Shown here in pieces: positions 8,218-19,463 of a stretch of DNA of 32,144 nucleotides. Position 1 is the stretch's first letter, and every line of letters begins with the position of its first letter. The DNA comes from Saprolegnia diclina VS20 (taxonomy: Eukaryota). Both the position numbers and the translations under genes were made by a program. A model generated the notes under the pieces. That model ran no database searches. It was not told the origin of the DNA and worked only from the letters and a program-made list of their open reading frames with translations. Location of the stretch: NCBI RefSeq assembly GCF_000281045.1, contig NW_008246084.1:263695-295838 (forward strand). Direction: 5' to 3'.

Positions 8218-10950
8218 ATGTTGAAGCTCACTGCTACCGCTGCTGCTGTCGTCGGCCTCGCCCTCGGTGCGCCGGCGCCGACGCCCGGCCCGCCGCCGCG
8301 CGCCACGTCCAACGAAGCCATGTACGCTGACTTCAAGCCGTACTCGTCGCCGCTCGTCGTGCCGGACGTCCTCGACATGCGCAAGGGCGGGTCGCTCGAC
8401 ATGCAAATCGCTGAAACGACGCACACGTGGCAGGCTGGCGTGCCGGCCTCCGCCGCGTACGGTTACGGCAAGGTCGGTGGCAACATCACGACGCCGGGCC
8501 CGACGATCCTCGTCAAGCGCGGCGTGCCGATTGAAGTCACGTGGCGCAACGGCCTCGGCATGTCGACGCATTTGCTCGCCAAGTACATTGACAGCACCCT
8601 CCTCCACTCCGAGTCGGCGTGCTTCCCCAACTGCGGCATTCCGGTCTCGACGCATATCCACGGCCTCGAAACGCCGCCCAAGTACGACGGTCTCCCGCAC
8701 TACTCGATCTACAAGAACCAGACGTACACGTCCACATACAACAACTCGCAGTCGAGCTCGACCAAGCTGTACCACGACCACGCGATCGGTCTCTCGCGCC
8801 TCAACATGTGGGCGGGTCTCACCGGCATGTACATCATCCGCGATGACGACGTCGAGAAGAAGTTTGGCTTTGATAAGATCGTGGTCGATGTCCCGCTCAT
8901 GATCTCGGACCGCCTCTTTGATCCTGCCGGCAAGCTCATGTATACGAGCGTCGTGACGTGCCCCGTCGCAGGCTCGGTGTGGATGCCCGAGTCGTTTGGT
9001 GCTGTCAACACGGTCAACGGCGTCGTCCAGCCGTACCTGGAGGTGCCCGCGCAGCAAGTCCGCTTCCGCCTCGTGAACCTCGCCAACTCGCGCAACTACA
9101 ACTTTACGCTTCCGTTCGCGTCCAAGTGCACGCAGATCGCGACGGATACCGGCTACGTCCAGGAGCCCAAGCCGATCGCGGTCAACGGGTTCAAGCTCTT
9201 CTCGCTCGAGCGTATCGAGATGGTGTGCGATTTCTCCGGTGTCGCCGTCGGCACGACGTTTGACATTGAAGACATTGACTCGGACTGCGACTCGTCGTAC
9301 GACTATGACCCGAAGATCATGCAGATCCGCGTGACGGCGCCGACGAAGGACGCGGTCGCGGTGCCGATCCCGACGCACCTCAACAAGTACAAGGACCTCC
9401 AGGAGCTCTACAAGTCGACGAACGGCAAGCTCCGCACGATCACGCTCGGCGAGATGGAGTCGATGGAGCAGTGCCCGACGCAGCTCATGATCACGCAGTA
9501 CCAGCAGGTCGCCAACGTCTCGATGGTCCACAACAAGCTCTTCTGCACGCGCGGCAAGGTCGAAAAGTGGCAGTTCAAGAACCCGACCGACGACGTCCAC
9601 CCGTTCCATTGGCATCTTGTCAATGCGCAGTGCGGCCCGGACGACGACCACATCGACAAGAACGGCCTCAAGGACGTCGTGGTTATCCCGAACGCCGACC
9701 CGTCCGACCAGCTCGCAATCACCCAAGTGTGCTACGTCGCGTGCACGCCCGATGAGTTCTTGAAGGAAGGCAGTACGCGCGAGCCGACGGACTTTGGCTT
9801 TGACACCAAGGAGCCGTACCTCGCGCATTGCCACATCATGGAGCACGAAGACAACAGCATGATGGCGTGGTTCCAGCTCACGGACGTCGACGACGACCAC
9901 GCGATCGACGACGGCAAGGTCGCGGGCGAGCCCGAAATTACCTCCATGGTCATCGGTACCGCGATTGGCATGAGTATCCTCGGTGGTATGGCGACGACAC
10001 TGTCCGTCCTCGTGCTCTCGATCCCGCGCCTCAATTTCCTTGCCGGCGACAAGGCGCTCGCCATGACGTTCGCGCTCTCGGCCGGCGTCATGCTCTTTAT
10101 CGCGCTCGTCGATCTCTTCCTCGAGTCGATCGAAAAGTTCAAGTCGGAGTTTGCCGTTGGCGGTGACGTCGACTTGGAGGCGATCGAGCACGGTCTTGCG
10201 CCGCCGGGTGCGGTCGCGCCGATCTGTGACAAGACGTGTGCCGGCCAGGCGTGGCTTGCGACGGTCGGCTGCTTCTACGGCGGTGTCCTTGTCATCGTCC
10301 TCGTCGAGTACCTCGTCCACAAGGTGTTTGACTACCATACCAAGGACCTCGGCGGCGCCGGCCCGGAAGCGCGCAACGTTTTGGCGGAAGATGCGCAGAC
10401 GCCGATTGACGCTGACTTCCAGAAGCACGGCCACGGCCACAGCCACAGTATCATTGCTGAAGTCGACGAAGAAGGCGAGAAGAAGCAGGGCTACCGCCGC
10501 GCCGGTGTGCTCACGGGTATTGCCATCGCGATCCACAACTTTCCCGAAGGCCTCGCGCTCTTCGTGACGTCGCTCCAGGGCCTCAAGGCCGGCATTGTGC
10601 TCGCGGTCGGCATCATCTTGCACAACTTCCCGGAAGGTGTCGCGATTGCGGCGCCTGTCTACTATGCGACCAACAGCAAGAAGGAAGCGTTCTTCTGGAC
10701 GGGCCTCAGTGGTATTGCGCAGCCGTGCGGTGCGCTCATCGGGTGGGCGACCGTCTCGGGCGGTGTCACGCCGCTTCTCTCGGGCATTCTGTACTCGATG
10801 GTGTCGGGCATGCTTGTCTGCATTACCGTCAAGGAGCTCCTGCCCGGCGCCTTCAAGTTTGGCGGCGCCAACTTTACCTTCTCGTTCATGGGCGGCGTCT
10901 TCATCATGGCCATCTCGCTCATCATGCTCCAGTACGTCGGCACGAGCTAA
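8218..10950 (+). CDS. Multicopper oxidase (CotA/bilirubin oxidase/LPR1-like) fused to a ZIP (ZupT/GufA-type) divalent metal transporter, 910 aa
   Basis: Signal peptide MLKLTATAAAVVGLALG. Cu motifs THIHG (8650-8664), LYHDH (8767-8781), HPFHWH (9598-9615), HCHIMEHEDNSMM (9826-9864). Acidic linker, then multi-TM domain from about 9946 with His-rich loop HGHGHSH (10426-10446) and two HNFPEG motifs (10534, 10621). No stop or intron between the domains. Confidence 0.95.
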   Translation: MLKLTATAAAVVGLALGAPAPTPGPPPRATSNEAMYADFKPYSSPLVVPDVLDMRKGGSLDMQIAETTHTWQAGVPASAAYGYGKVGGNITTPGPTILVKRGVPIEVTWRNGLGMSTHLLAKYIDSTLLHSESACFPNCGIPVSTHIHGLETPPKYDGLPHYSIYKNQTYTSTYNNSQSSSTKLYHDHAIGLSRLNMWAGLTGMYIIRDDDVEKKFGFDKIVVDVPLMISDRLFDPAGKLMYTSVVTCPVAGSVWMPESFGAVNTVNGVVQPYLEVPAQQVRFRLVNLANSRNYNFTLPFASKCTQIATDTGYVQEPKPIAVNGFKLFSLERIEMVCDFSGVAVGTTFDIEDIDSDCDSSYDYDPKIMQIRVTAPTKDAVAVPIPTHLNKYKDLQELYKSTNGKLRTITLGEMESMEQCPTQLMITQYQQVANVSMVHNKLFCTRGKVEKWQFKNPTDDVHPFHWHLVNAQCGPDDDHIDKNGLKDVVVIPNADPSDQLAITQVCYVACTPDEFLKEGSTREPTDFGFDTKEPYLAHCHIMEHEDNSMMAWFQLTDVDDDHAIDDGKVAGEPEITSMVIGTAIGMSILGGMATTLSVLVLSIPRLNFLAGDKALAMTFALSAGVMLFIALVDLFLESIEKFKSEFAVGGDVDLEAIEHGLAPPGAVAPICDKTCAGQAWLATVGCFYGGVLVIVLVEYLVHKVFDYHTKDLGGAGPEARNVLAEDAQTPIDADFQKHGHGHSHSIIAEVDEEGEKKQGYRRAGVLTGIAIAIHNFPEGLALFVTSLQGLKAGIVLAVGIILHNFPEGVAIAAPVYYATNSKKEAFFWTGLSGIAQPCGALIGWATVSGGVTPLLSGILYSMVSGMLVCITVKELLPGAFKFGGANFTFSFMGGVFIMAISLIMLQYVGTS

Positions 10951-11289
10951 ACCACGCGCCGCGCTTCGAGCTGTTTACACTCAATATAGATCTCCCTTTT
11001 GCATTTCAAACCGGTGTGTAGACCATTTGTCACAGACGAGTTGGCCGCCCCGTGGACAGGGTGTCGTCACGGATCGAGGCATAAAACAGCGTTGGAGGAC
11101 AATATTGTCCACAACACATGGTCGAGAAACGACGGGTGTAGCCGGCTACGCAATTCGGAAGCGCGTAACTTTGGACAAGTTGTCAATCATAGTCGAATGC
11201 GCGGCAATGGGGGACCGGAACTCGTACGTTGGATGACTCCCGGTCGTAGAAGGTGGCAACTAGACTAACCGCAATTGTATAAGTATTCT

Positions 11290-14200
11290 TTAATCGAGCC
11301 TCCGCCCAGGCGTCCCGAGGGCCCGTCGCGACTTGCCGTTGCCATGACCGGAGCGCGACTCGGTGATCGACATCATGTCGTAGCGGTCGTCGCAGCTCGA
11401 ATGCAAGAGGAGGTACTTCTCTCGCTTTCCGCGCCAATAGTCCATGAGCTCGAGGTCCAAAATCTCTTCGGCTAGCTGGCGGAGGACCTTGCGGTATTTC
11501 GGGTGCTTCCCACCCACGTCCTCGACCGCGCTCGCTCGGTCGTCCATAAAGTGGCTCGCAAACTCGCGCAAAACGACAAACGGCACGTCCACGGAGAGCA
11601 CTTTGGCCGGCTCGTTGGTCTGCGACGGCAGCAAGAACGAGCTCAGCCACTTGGTCACATGCCGCTCGACGTTCATAACGTCCTGTCGCTGCCGCTGCTT
11701 GTCCTTGGTCACCTTCGTATCGACGACCTTGACCTCGAGCTTGACCGACATGGGTTTTTCCTTGACGCCAATGGCTTCGTCGTGGCTCGACGCGAATTGG
11801 TGCGACGCCGCAACCGAGAAGCTCCCGCTCCGGTAGCGCAGCCCGTTGCTCATCGCGTCCATCTTTTCAGCGAAAAAGTACGCGAGCGAACTGACGGGCA
11901 TCGTCACGTCGCCATCGCCCGGGTTCTTGACGTTCCGGACACGCACGACGCGCTTCTCCTTGAGCAAGTGCTTGCGCACGATCACCATCCACTGCGCGCC
12001 AAGGGCCGCGCAGTGCTCCTCCAAGTCCTTGTGGTCCGGATGCCAAAACTCGGCCGAGACGCCGGCTTTCCAGAGCATGGCTGCGATTTGCATGCGCGCG
12101 AGGAGCGTGTCGCTGGGGCTGTCGGAACACACAAGGATGAGGGGCGTTGCATGGCGCCACGCGCCGTTGGTTGCCGACGGGTTGAGCACACTTGTGACGA
12201 TGCGGTCGATCGAGAAGCGGACGCCGACCGCAGTCACCGCCGGCATTTGCACGCGCGCGGCGGGAAGGCGATAGCGCGCCACCATAGCATCGTAGCGCCC
12301 GCCTTCCGCGACGGTCTCGGGTGGGTGGTTGCTGTGCTCGTGGACGGCTTGAAACACAAGACCAGACGAAAACTGCTCTTGGCGCGGACTCAAGCCCAGG
12401 TCAAAGTGCACATTCATCGCTGGCAGCTCGAGCTCGATGCCTTGGAGCAGCTGCCGGAGAAAGCCCGCGCCTTCTTTTGCCTCCTTGATCGCCTTCTTGA
12501 GCTGGTTCTCGCGCTTCTGCTCTCGCTTGCTCAAGTTGGCCGTCTCGTGGATTACACGGTACCGCATGCCGTCGAGAAGCACCTCGATCGACTCGAGCGC
12601 CGCGAGCGGCTCCTTTGGGAGCTGGAAGAACGGTTGTAGGAACGCCGCTGCTTCGGCGGGCACGGACGCCTCCTTGAGCTTCTTGACCACACGGGGCGAC
12701 GGGCGCGGCGACGCTTCTTGCGACAAGAGCTTGTAGACGTCGCGTCGGCACGCGTGCGGCACCTCGCACGCGTCAAGGATGCCCCGTGCGAGCCGTGCGT
12801 CGTTGATGCGGAGAAACCACGGACTCAGGCCGAGCGTCTCGAGTACCTCGTGGACAACGTGGAGCACTTCGATTTCCATGACGCGCGCAAAGCTGCGGTC
12901 GTCCCAGATCAAATCAAAGTCGGCTTCGAGAAGCTCGCGCGGGTGGCCGCCGCCGATGGTCTTGCGGTACACACGGCCGCAGTGGTAGCGCTTGAGCTGC
13001 GAGAGGCCGTTGCGCGCCACGTACCGCGCCAGGGGCTCGGTCAAGTCGAACGGGAGTACGACCGAGACGCCGGCCGTGTCGAGATAGCAGCACGCGTTCA
13101 CGTGCAAGTTGCTGCTGAGGCGCTTGGGCATGAGCAGCGGGGGCACCTACATTTACTGTCGATTTTGCATTCCAACAGGAAAGACGATACTTACAAATTC
13201 AACAGCGCCGTGGCGCTCAAAGATGGTTTCGAGCGTCTTCTTGACGTCAGCGCGGCAGTGGCTCTCGAGGTACACGAGCGACGGCTTTGGTTTCCGTTGC
13301 TGCAGCACATCAAACGTGTAGTCGACGTGGTCGACGGGGTCTTGCACGAAGAGCGCTTGCATGAGCTGGCCAAAGAACGTGCCTTCGGGGTTGGCAAGCG
13401 TCTGAAGCGCCTCCTTGAGGTACTTTTCCTCGACTTCCATCTTGGGCGGCAAGAGGTTGCTCGTGAGGAGCTCGCCGGCCGTCGGGCGCGCCGTCGGGTT
13501 GCTCTGGCACAGCCAGTGGATGATCTGCTTGACGTTCGATGGCGCAACAAACGTACTCGGGAGCACGTTGCGTTCGCGCAGCTCAATCAGCGCCTCGGCG
13601 CGCTCCATGAGCGTCGTGAACGGCGGCGACCACATTTCAAAAAAGAGAATCCCGAGCGAAAACATGTCGGCCTTTTGGTTGTAGCGCTGGCCTTCCTTCT
13701 CCTGCTCGGGCGCGCGGTAGAACGCCGTGCCGACACCCGCCGTAATGTTGATGCTCTCGTAGTTGAGCGACACCTTGGACGAGACCGAGTCGGCGTCATC
13801 GTCGGAATCGATGGGCTGGTGCAACGAGTCGTACATGGGGATCTCGCGCAAATGGTCTTCGTCGAGCGACGGCGGCTGCATCGCATCGGCGTCCGGGCCA
13901 TCTTCATCGACCTCGTCTTTCGGCGGCTTGGTCGCAAGACCAAAGTCTCCGAGCTTGACGGTCCCTTCCGCATCTAAAAAGATGTTTGGCGGCTACACAA
14001 CACGCTGAGAGAAGGCTACGGCAGGCGAGAATCTACCTTGATGTCGCGGTGGATCACGCCTTGGCTGTGAATGTACACAATGGCTTCGAGAATCTGACGA
14101 AAGAGAGTCCAGACCTTGTCCTCGTCCTTGTAGAGCGACATGTGGTCAATGACCTCGCGCAGCGCCTTCCCGCCGCAGTACTCCATTTGGATGTACAGCT

Positions 14201-15625
14201 TCTCCTTGGTGGGTTTCCGCACCGGCGGCGTCTTCGTCTCACGGTGCTCGTCGACCGTCCACTCCCACTGGTCCGCGTACCGCGTCGTCGGGTCGTCGTC
14301 CCATGGCGCATCGCTCATCTCTTCTTCCGAGAACGACATGTGCTTCTTGAGCGACTTGCCTTTGGTCGACGTGGCCGTCGACTTTAAATACGTGCGCGAC
14401 CGGTTGTTGCTGCCGCCGATAAAGTCATCATCGTCAAGGAGACCACTGCCCTCGTCGTCGTCGTCATCCGAGGACGAGTCTTCGTAATCGTCAGACCAGT
14501 CGTCGTCTTCGTCGTGTGAGACGTTGCCGGACGCTGCGTCGTTGTCGCCTTCGATCCACGCCTGAAAGTACCTAGACCGATAGCGCGTCAATACTCGTTG
14601 ATACGAGAGGACACGCAGTAGACATACCGAACAATGTACCGGTGCTGGAGCCGCGAGATGGTTTTGACTTCGCGCAAGATCTTCTTCTTCATCGTCGGGT
14701 CGTTCGCGTCCAGCTTGATGCGCTTGACGGCGTACCACTGCCGGTCCAGGCGGTTCTGCACCCGAAGCACTTCGCCGCCACCGCCCCGGCCGAGGACCTT
14801 GTCTTCTTTAAAGTCGGAGAAGTACCGCGAGTGCGCAAGCCGCGCGCTCACCGCGTCGTCAAAGTCCCCGTCGTCGTCGGACGGGAGTGAGTCGTCATCT
14901 TCGTCCGAGAAGCCGCAGGACGACCCCGAGCCAGATGAGGACGATGCATCGTCGTCCCCTTCTTTTCGGTCGCGCGCGCGGTGCTTGCCGCGGATCGCAG
15001 CTTGCATCTTGAGGTATTCGTCTTGGATGATCTTCTGGAGCTGCTGTTCTTCCTTCATCGCTTTGGCCTGCTCGACCTCGAGCTGTATTCGCTGCTCTTC
15101 GGCTTCCTTCTTGGCGATCTGCTGCTGGCGCTTGACCATCTGCTCAAAGAACGACCGCTGGTCCTTGACGTGCTCAATGATGTACTCTTCGGCGGCAATG
15201 ACGAGGTCGTGGATCATGACGCCTTCACCGACCTTCTCGCGGCTCGCCTTGCGCAATAATGTCTCGAGCTCGTCGACCTCCTTCTCCGTGAGGCCGTCCG
15301 CGTCCTCGAGAAAGAGGTCCGGTCCTTCCGTGAGCGGGTAGCCCTTGCGGAGCTCGACGGCCAAGGTCACGCCGGCCTCGCCCTTGATGCCGCCGCTGCT
15401 GAGCGTCAAGGACTCGGCGCCCTTCTTCGCGATGCGGATCGAGAAGGCCTTGAAGCCCTTGATCGACGTTCCCGGCGCGTACTCGTCGCCGTAGATGGCC
15501 TGGAGCACCTCCATCTCCTCGGCCTGGAGCTCGGCGCATGCTGCGGGCGCGTCTTCATGGACATGCGGAGGAGCGTCTACTTGCTGCTGCTGCTTCTTCC
15601 CTTTGCCGGCCTTCTTCCTCGCCAT
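11290..15625 (-). CDS. GCN2: GCN2 eIF2-alpha kinase (RWD, kinase with acidic insert, HisRS-like, anticodon-binding-like tail); 4 exons
   Basis: RWD: QAEEMEVLQAIYG...GYPLTEGP. Kinase: SRYFSDFKEDKVLGRGGGGEV, YAVKRI, YIVR/YFQAW, LYIQMEYC, HRDIK/PPNIF, KLGDFGLA, GVGTAFYRAPE. HisRS-like: LPFDLTEPLARYVAR, HPRELLEADFD, AEGGRYD. Introns 14572-14627, 13993-14036 and 13147-13194 restore the frame. Confidence 0.95.
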
Positions 15626-16153
15626 GCATGAACGCGGCCACTCCAAGATGGGCGGGCTTTTTCAGAACTAGCCGCGGGGACTTTGGGCTTGGATCCCGGA
15701 ATTTTTCCGGAGTTTGCATTTACCACCCTCGGGAAGTCATACCGTGAGAAACACGTGTGTGAAACACGAGCGGGGAAAATGGCAGTAACATCGGCGCCCT
15801 GCCATACCTGCACGACCAGCATTCGGGCTAAGACACGCTCGCACGTACACAGAGCGTATCTGTGTGGAAACTGTCGTGGTGATATCGTCCCGATAAAGGC
15901 GACGCGTCCACGTCCGTACCACCACGTGTGTGCTAGAAGGTGAAAAAGACGTGGTAAATGGCGTGTGCCACACGTGAGTCACACGTGCTTGTGGTCGCCG
16001 CTGACGGCACCAGATGGCCACTCGAACGTGCGGCAGACGTGATAAAGGTGAAAAATAATTGCACACGCACGTCCCGCGCACACGAGAATTTTTACGTGGA
16101 CAGCGTCGCTGATGATGACAATACTGTGGTCGACTTCAACAAATGACGCATGA

Positions 16154-17703
16154 TCACCAGTCCCGCTCGGCCTTTTCGACGTCCGCGCGGCAGTAGACCT
16201 TGGTCATGGTCGCCGGGCGGACAGAAATCCGCAGGTGGGCGGGCATCACGTCTTCGTCCTTGCGCTTGAAGCAGAGGCAGAGCGTCGTGCAGCTGCCGAG
16301 TGCCTAGTGCCAGTATGTCGTTATCAACACAACTCGCGATAGAACGACGCATGCCCACCGGTAAAATGAGCATTGCGAGGACGACAATACAGATTGTCTG
16401 CAGCTACGCATCGATGGACACGATGAGCCGATGAGCCCGAGGTAGCGGGCAGCACCGTCGCGGCGTGGTACCTGTGCAGCGCGCTCGCACAGCTACCAAG
16501 GCGTGCACATGTGACGGGCGCAAAAGATACCGCACTGTACCCTTTGGAATAGAGGCCTGCCCCGTTGACGCCGCAGCTTCCGATCGGTTGGTCAAAGTCA
16601 CACGCGCCGCCGGCGTAGCACAGGCGTGTCGTGGGGTACTTGTCCGGCTAGAGACATACATGTATCGATCCGTCTTTACACACATTGCAGGTACGTCGAT
16701 CGCGGCACAGACTTGGCGAGGGGTGCTCTCGGATGACGTCAATGGCGCGGTATCGTTCTACGCGGCGGCTTCGTATGGCGCGTGCCGGCACAAAAGAGAC
16801 GAAGTACGACGCAGTGGTTGGGCGGGCCAAAGCCGCAGCAGATATGCGTGTCCTGCAAGTCTTGGATGTTCTATATTAGCGTCGCGGTGTCCGTGTTGAA
16901 CTATCCATTTCGGAGAGCGGTAATACCATTGCAACCGTGGGGTCGACGAGGTTGTCGCTGTAGTAGGACCGCCACGCCGCGCGTAAGTCGTTGTACATCT
17001 CGCTCTACTTGGTAATGACGTTGCGTCGATGGCCGCAAGATCGTCCGACCTGGAAGTATGCCGCGCAGGCTTGCGCGTTGGTCGCGTTGCGCACGTACGA
17101 CTAGTGCCAACGTAGCGTCAGCCAATAGGAGGCAGGAAACGAGACAGACATTGGTCAAACACTTGTCCTGGACGTCGTAGGGGTAATCTGGCACCGACGT
17201 TTGCAGCCCCGAGTAGGCGATGAGCGACTGAAACGCCATCTACGAGCTGCGTCGTGTTGCGCAAGAAGAAGAAGAAGAAGGGGCGTACGAACGCCGCGAG
17301 CCCGCCGAGGTGCTAGAAGGCATATACGTGAGGTCAAAGGGCGTGCATTCCAAGGCGGCATAGAGGACCAGGAGCAGGATAAACTTGTTGTGGTGCTTCC
17401 CGCCGCAGTAGGCAAAGACAGCCATCGCCGCGTAGCTAATGCCCACAAAGATAAACCCTATCACGCATTCGGACTCGCTTCAAGAGGCAAGCATGGACCT
17501 CCTGCGACGCTGGTAAAGCGCGAGCCAAGTGCCAAGCGATAGTGAGTCGACTGCACCATGCCAATGCCCATGAAGAAGAGAAGGAGCGAGAGCACCTATC
17601 CCACGCATCAAGCATCAACGTGCAGGTCATCGACACGCGTTCGTACGCTCTCGCAAAAGCACGCGGCGTACATGTTGCGCACCAAGTTGGCCTTGGCGAA
17701 CAT
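16154..17703 (-). CDS. Tetraspanin-family protein (paralog A), many short introns; start approximate
   Basis: Spliced by eye: VLSLLLFFMGIGMV (TM1), GFIFVGISYAAMAVFAYCGGKHHNKFILLL (TM2/TM3), large loop with NIQDLQDTHICCGFGPPNHC (CCG motif), CDFDQPIGSCGV, GCASALHRY, then TM4 and tail LCLCFKRKDEDVMP...AERDW*. Confidence 0.8.
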
Positions 17704-18673
17704 GACGCTTGCGTCGCCGCCTTTCTAGGCCGACCGTTTCTCGCAGCATGCGGGCATGGCGTCCGTCGCCCCTCTCGCTCTTTTCCTGCATAGACCTTCT
17801 GGATATATGGGCCTCTACTAGTTCGCGCTATGGCGCATGCTCTCGTGCTCGTGCTCGCGTTCACAATGCGTCGTAGCGCATGCTGCTTCATATAGGTAGT
17901 ACTGCGTTGCTCTGGCTCGTTCACCTCGACCTGCGCCGACTATCTCGGCCTGCGAGGCAAAGCCACCATCCTCTCTGTGGAGCAACAGACGTAGGTGATG
18001 CGCTAGAAGTGTCCGACATGTACTCAACGTCGGCGCACCCGCTGAACCATCATGAAGCGACGTGGCTGCCATCGGCGCATGGTGTTCGAGCCATGCATCG
18101 AGCGAACGGCCGTGCTTGCACCGTCGCGTCGCGTCACGTGGCGTAATGCCATGGACCTCTTCATATGTACATGCTATCATGCTAGGTCTACCTGGGCTTC
18201 ATCGTCCATGGTCGCGCGCGCATGAGGCTGGGCTTGGCGTGTCGAGCACTCGGCGAAATCTGGCAGCTCGTGGGGTCGTGATTCCGGATAATCCATCCGG
18301 CTCACGTATCCGGTCTCGGCTGTATTCGCGGCATGTATTCTATATACGACTTGTTTGTATGTCTTGCCTGTATTTTAATCTGTGTCCGGATACGGGTCGC
18401 GACCTGCTGGAATGCATGTGATTTTAATACAATGATGAAACAAGTGCAATTATCCTTGCTTTTATTCGAGACTTTGTATGCAATTACCCAACAAAGTACA
18501 CGAAAGTTGGTATAAAAATATGCAACGCGCGTATGCGTTGTCAGAGGTTTTATCGCGCTACAGAGGTTTGGATGGCCAGGGAAGTGATTGGTTTGGAACC
18601 AGTCAAGTGGGCTCGCTTGGTTTTTGCCGTTGGCTCAATCTCAGTATCACTCACTCAATTGATTCAGCAGTAG

Positions 18674-18731
18674 GTATGATCCTCCGCGCCTTGCTCCTTG
18701 GTTGGTCGTCGCTCATGCGCTCATTTCTTAG
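18674..18731 (+). other. Probable 5'-UTR intron of RPL35A
   Basis: AG|GTATGA...TTTCTTAG| (58 nt) ends 8 nt before the ATG; INR-like TCAGTATCACTCACTC upstream. Confidence 0.6.
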
Positions 18732-18739
18732 AGAATAAA

Positions 18740-19075
18740 ATGGTCGCTTCGGAAGCTCAGCCGACCCGCTTGTATGTGAAGGGTGTTTTCATGGGCTACA
18801 TGCGTGGCTTCACCAACCAGCACGCCCACACGTCGCTCATCCAGATCCAGGGCCTCCAGGACCGCAAGGATGTCGACTTCTACCTCGGCAAGCGCATCGC
18901 GTACATCTACAAGGCCAAGACCTTGAAGAACGACAGCAAGTTCCGCGTCATCTGGGGCAAGGTCATGCGCGCCCACGGCCAGAACGGCGTCGTCCGCGCC
19001 AAGTTCCGCAAGAACCTCCCCGCCGCCGCCATGGGCAAGCAGGTCCGCGTCATGCTCTACCCGTCGCGTGTCTAA
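18740..19075 (+). CDS. RPL35A: 60S ribosomal protein L35a (eL33)
   Basis: RLYVKGVFMGY, FYLGKRIAYIYKAK, RVIWGKVMRAHGQNGVVRAKFRKNLP, VRVMLYPS are hallmark eL33 motifs; strong codon bias. Confidence 0.98.
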   Translation: MVASEAQPTRLYVKGVFMGYMRGFTNQHAHTSLIQIQGLQDRKDVDFYLGKRIAYIYKAKTLKNDSKFRVIWGKVMRAHGQNGVVRAKFRKNLPAAAMGKQVRVMLYPSRV

Positions 19076-19463
19076 ACGGATCATCGCTGCGATTGTTGGT
19101 CGATTTTCTGCTCCGCGTGCGTGATTGCCACGCCCTGGCGAGAACGTACGTGCCAGAACAATTAATAAAGAGTGGGTTCCGAAATAAGTACTACTACCAT
19201 TGAACTGCTGCGACGAGTGTGTCTCCCTCTTCTCTCCTGCCGCACTTGACACCCGTACAACGACGACACCCTTGAATCGATATATCGGTGCGGCGGCTTC
19301 CACGAGCATCTGACCAGCATCCTTGCGGTCGAGCCGTCGCAGCGGCCTTCGCCGGCTCCTGCAGTCTCCACCAAGCGCCTGTAAGCTCTGGCAATAAGCC
19401 CCGGCTGGTTGAAGCTGAAGGGCAAACTCGGCACCGGATCTATTTTTAGATCGACCTGATTGC

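Noticed and set aside
7963..10623. 886-aa antisense ORF overlapping the MCO-ZIP gene
   Set aside because: Shadow ORF expected from strong GC3 codon bias on the sense strand; Arg/Val/Asp-rich with no domain motifs. The same applies to antisense ORFs over GCN2 and the helicase.
15779..16146. Possible small Cys-containing gene (YLCGNC, superficially RPB12-like)
   Set aside because: Could not splice a coherent product, and no matching second RPB12 CxxC/basic motif was found.
17800..18330. Possible small spliced gene between tetraspanin A and RPL35A
   Set aside because: Splice-like signals are present, but no convincing reading frame or homology.
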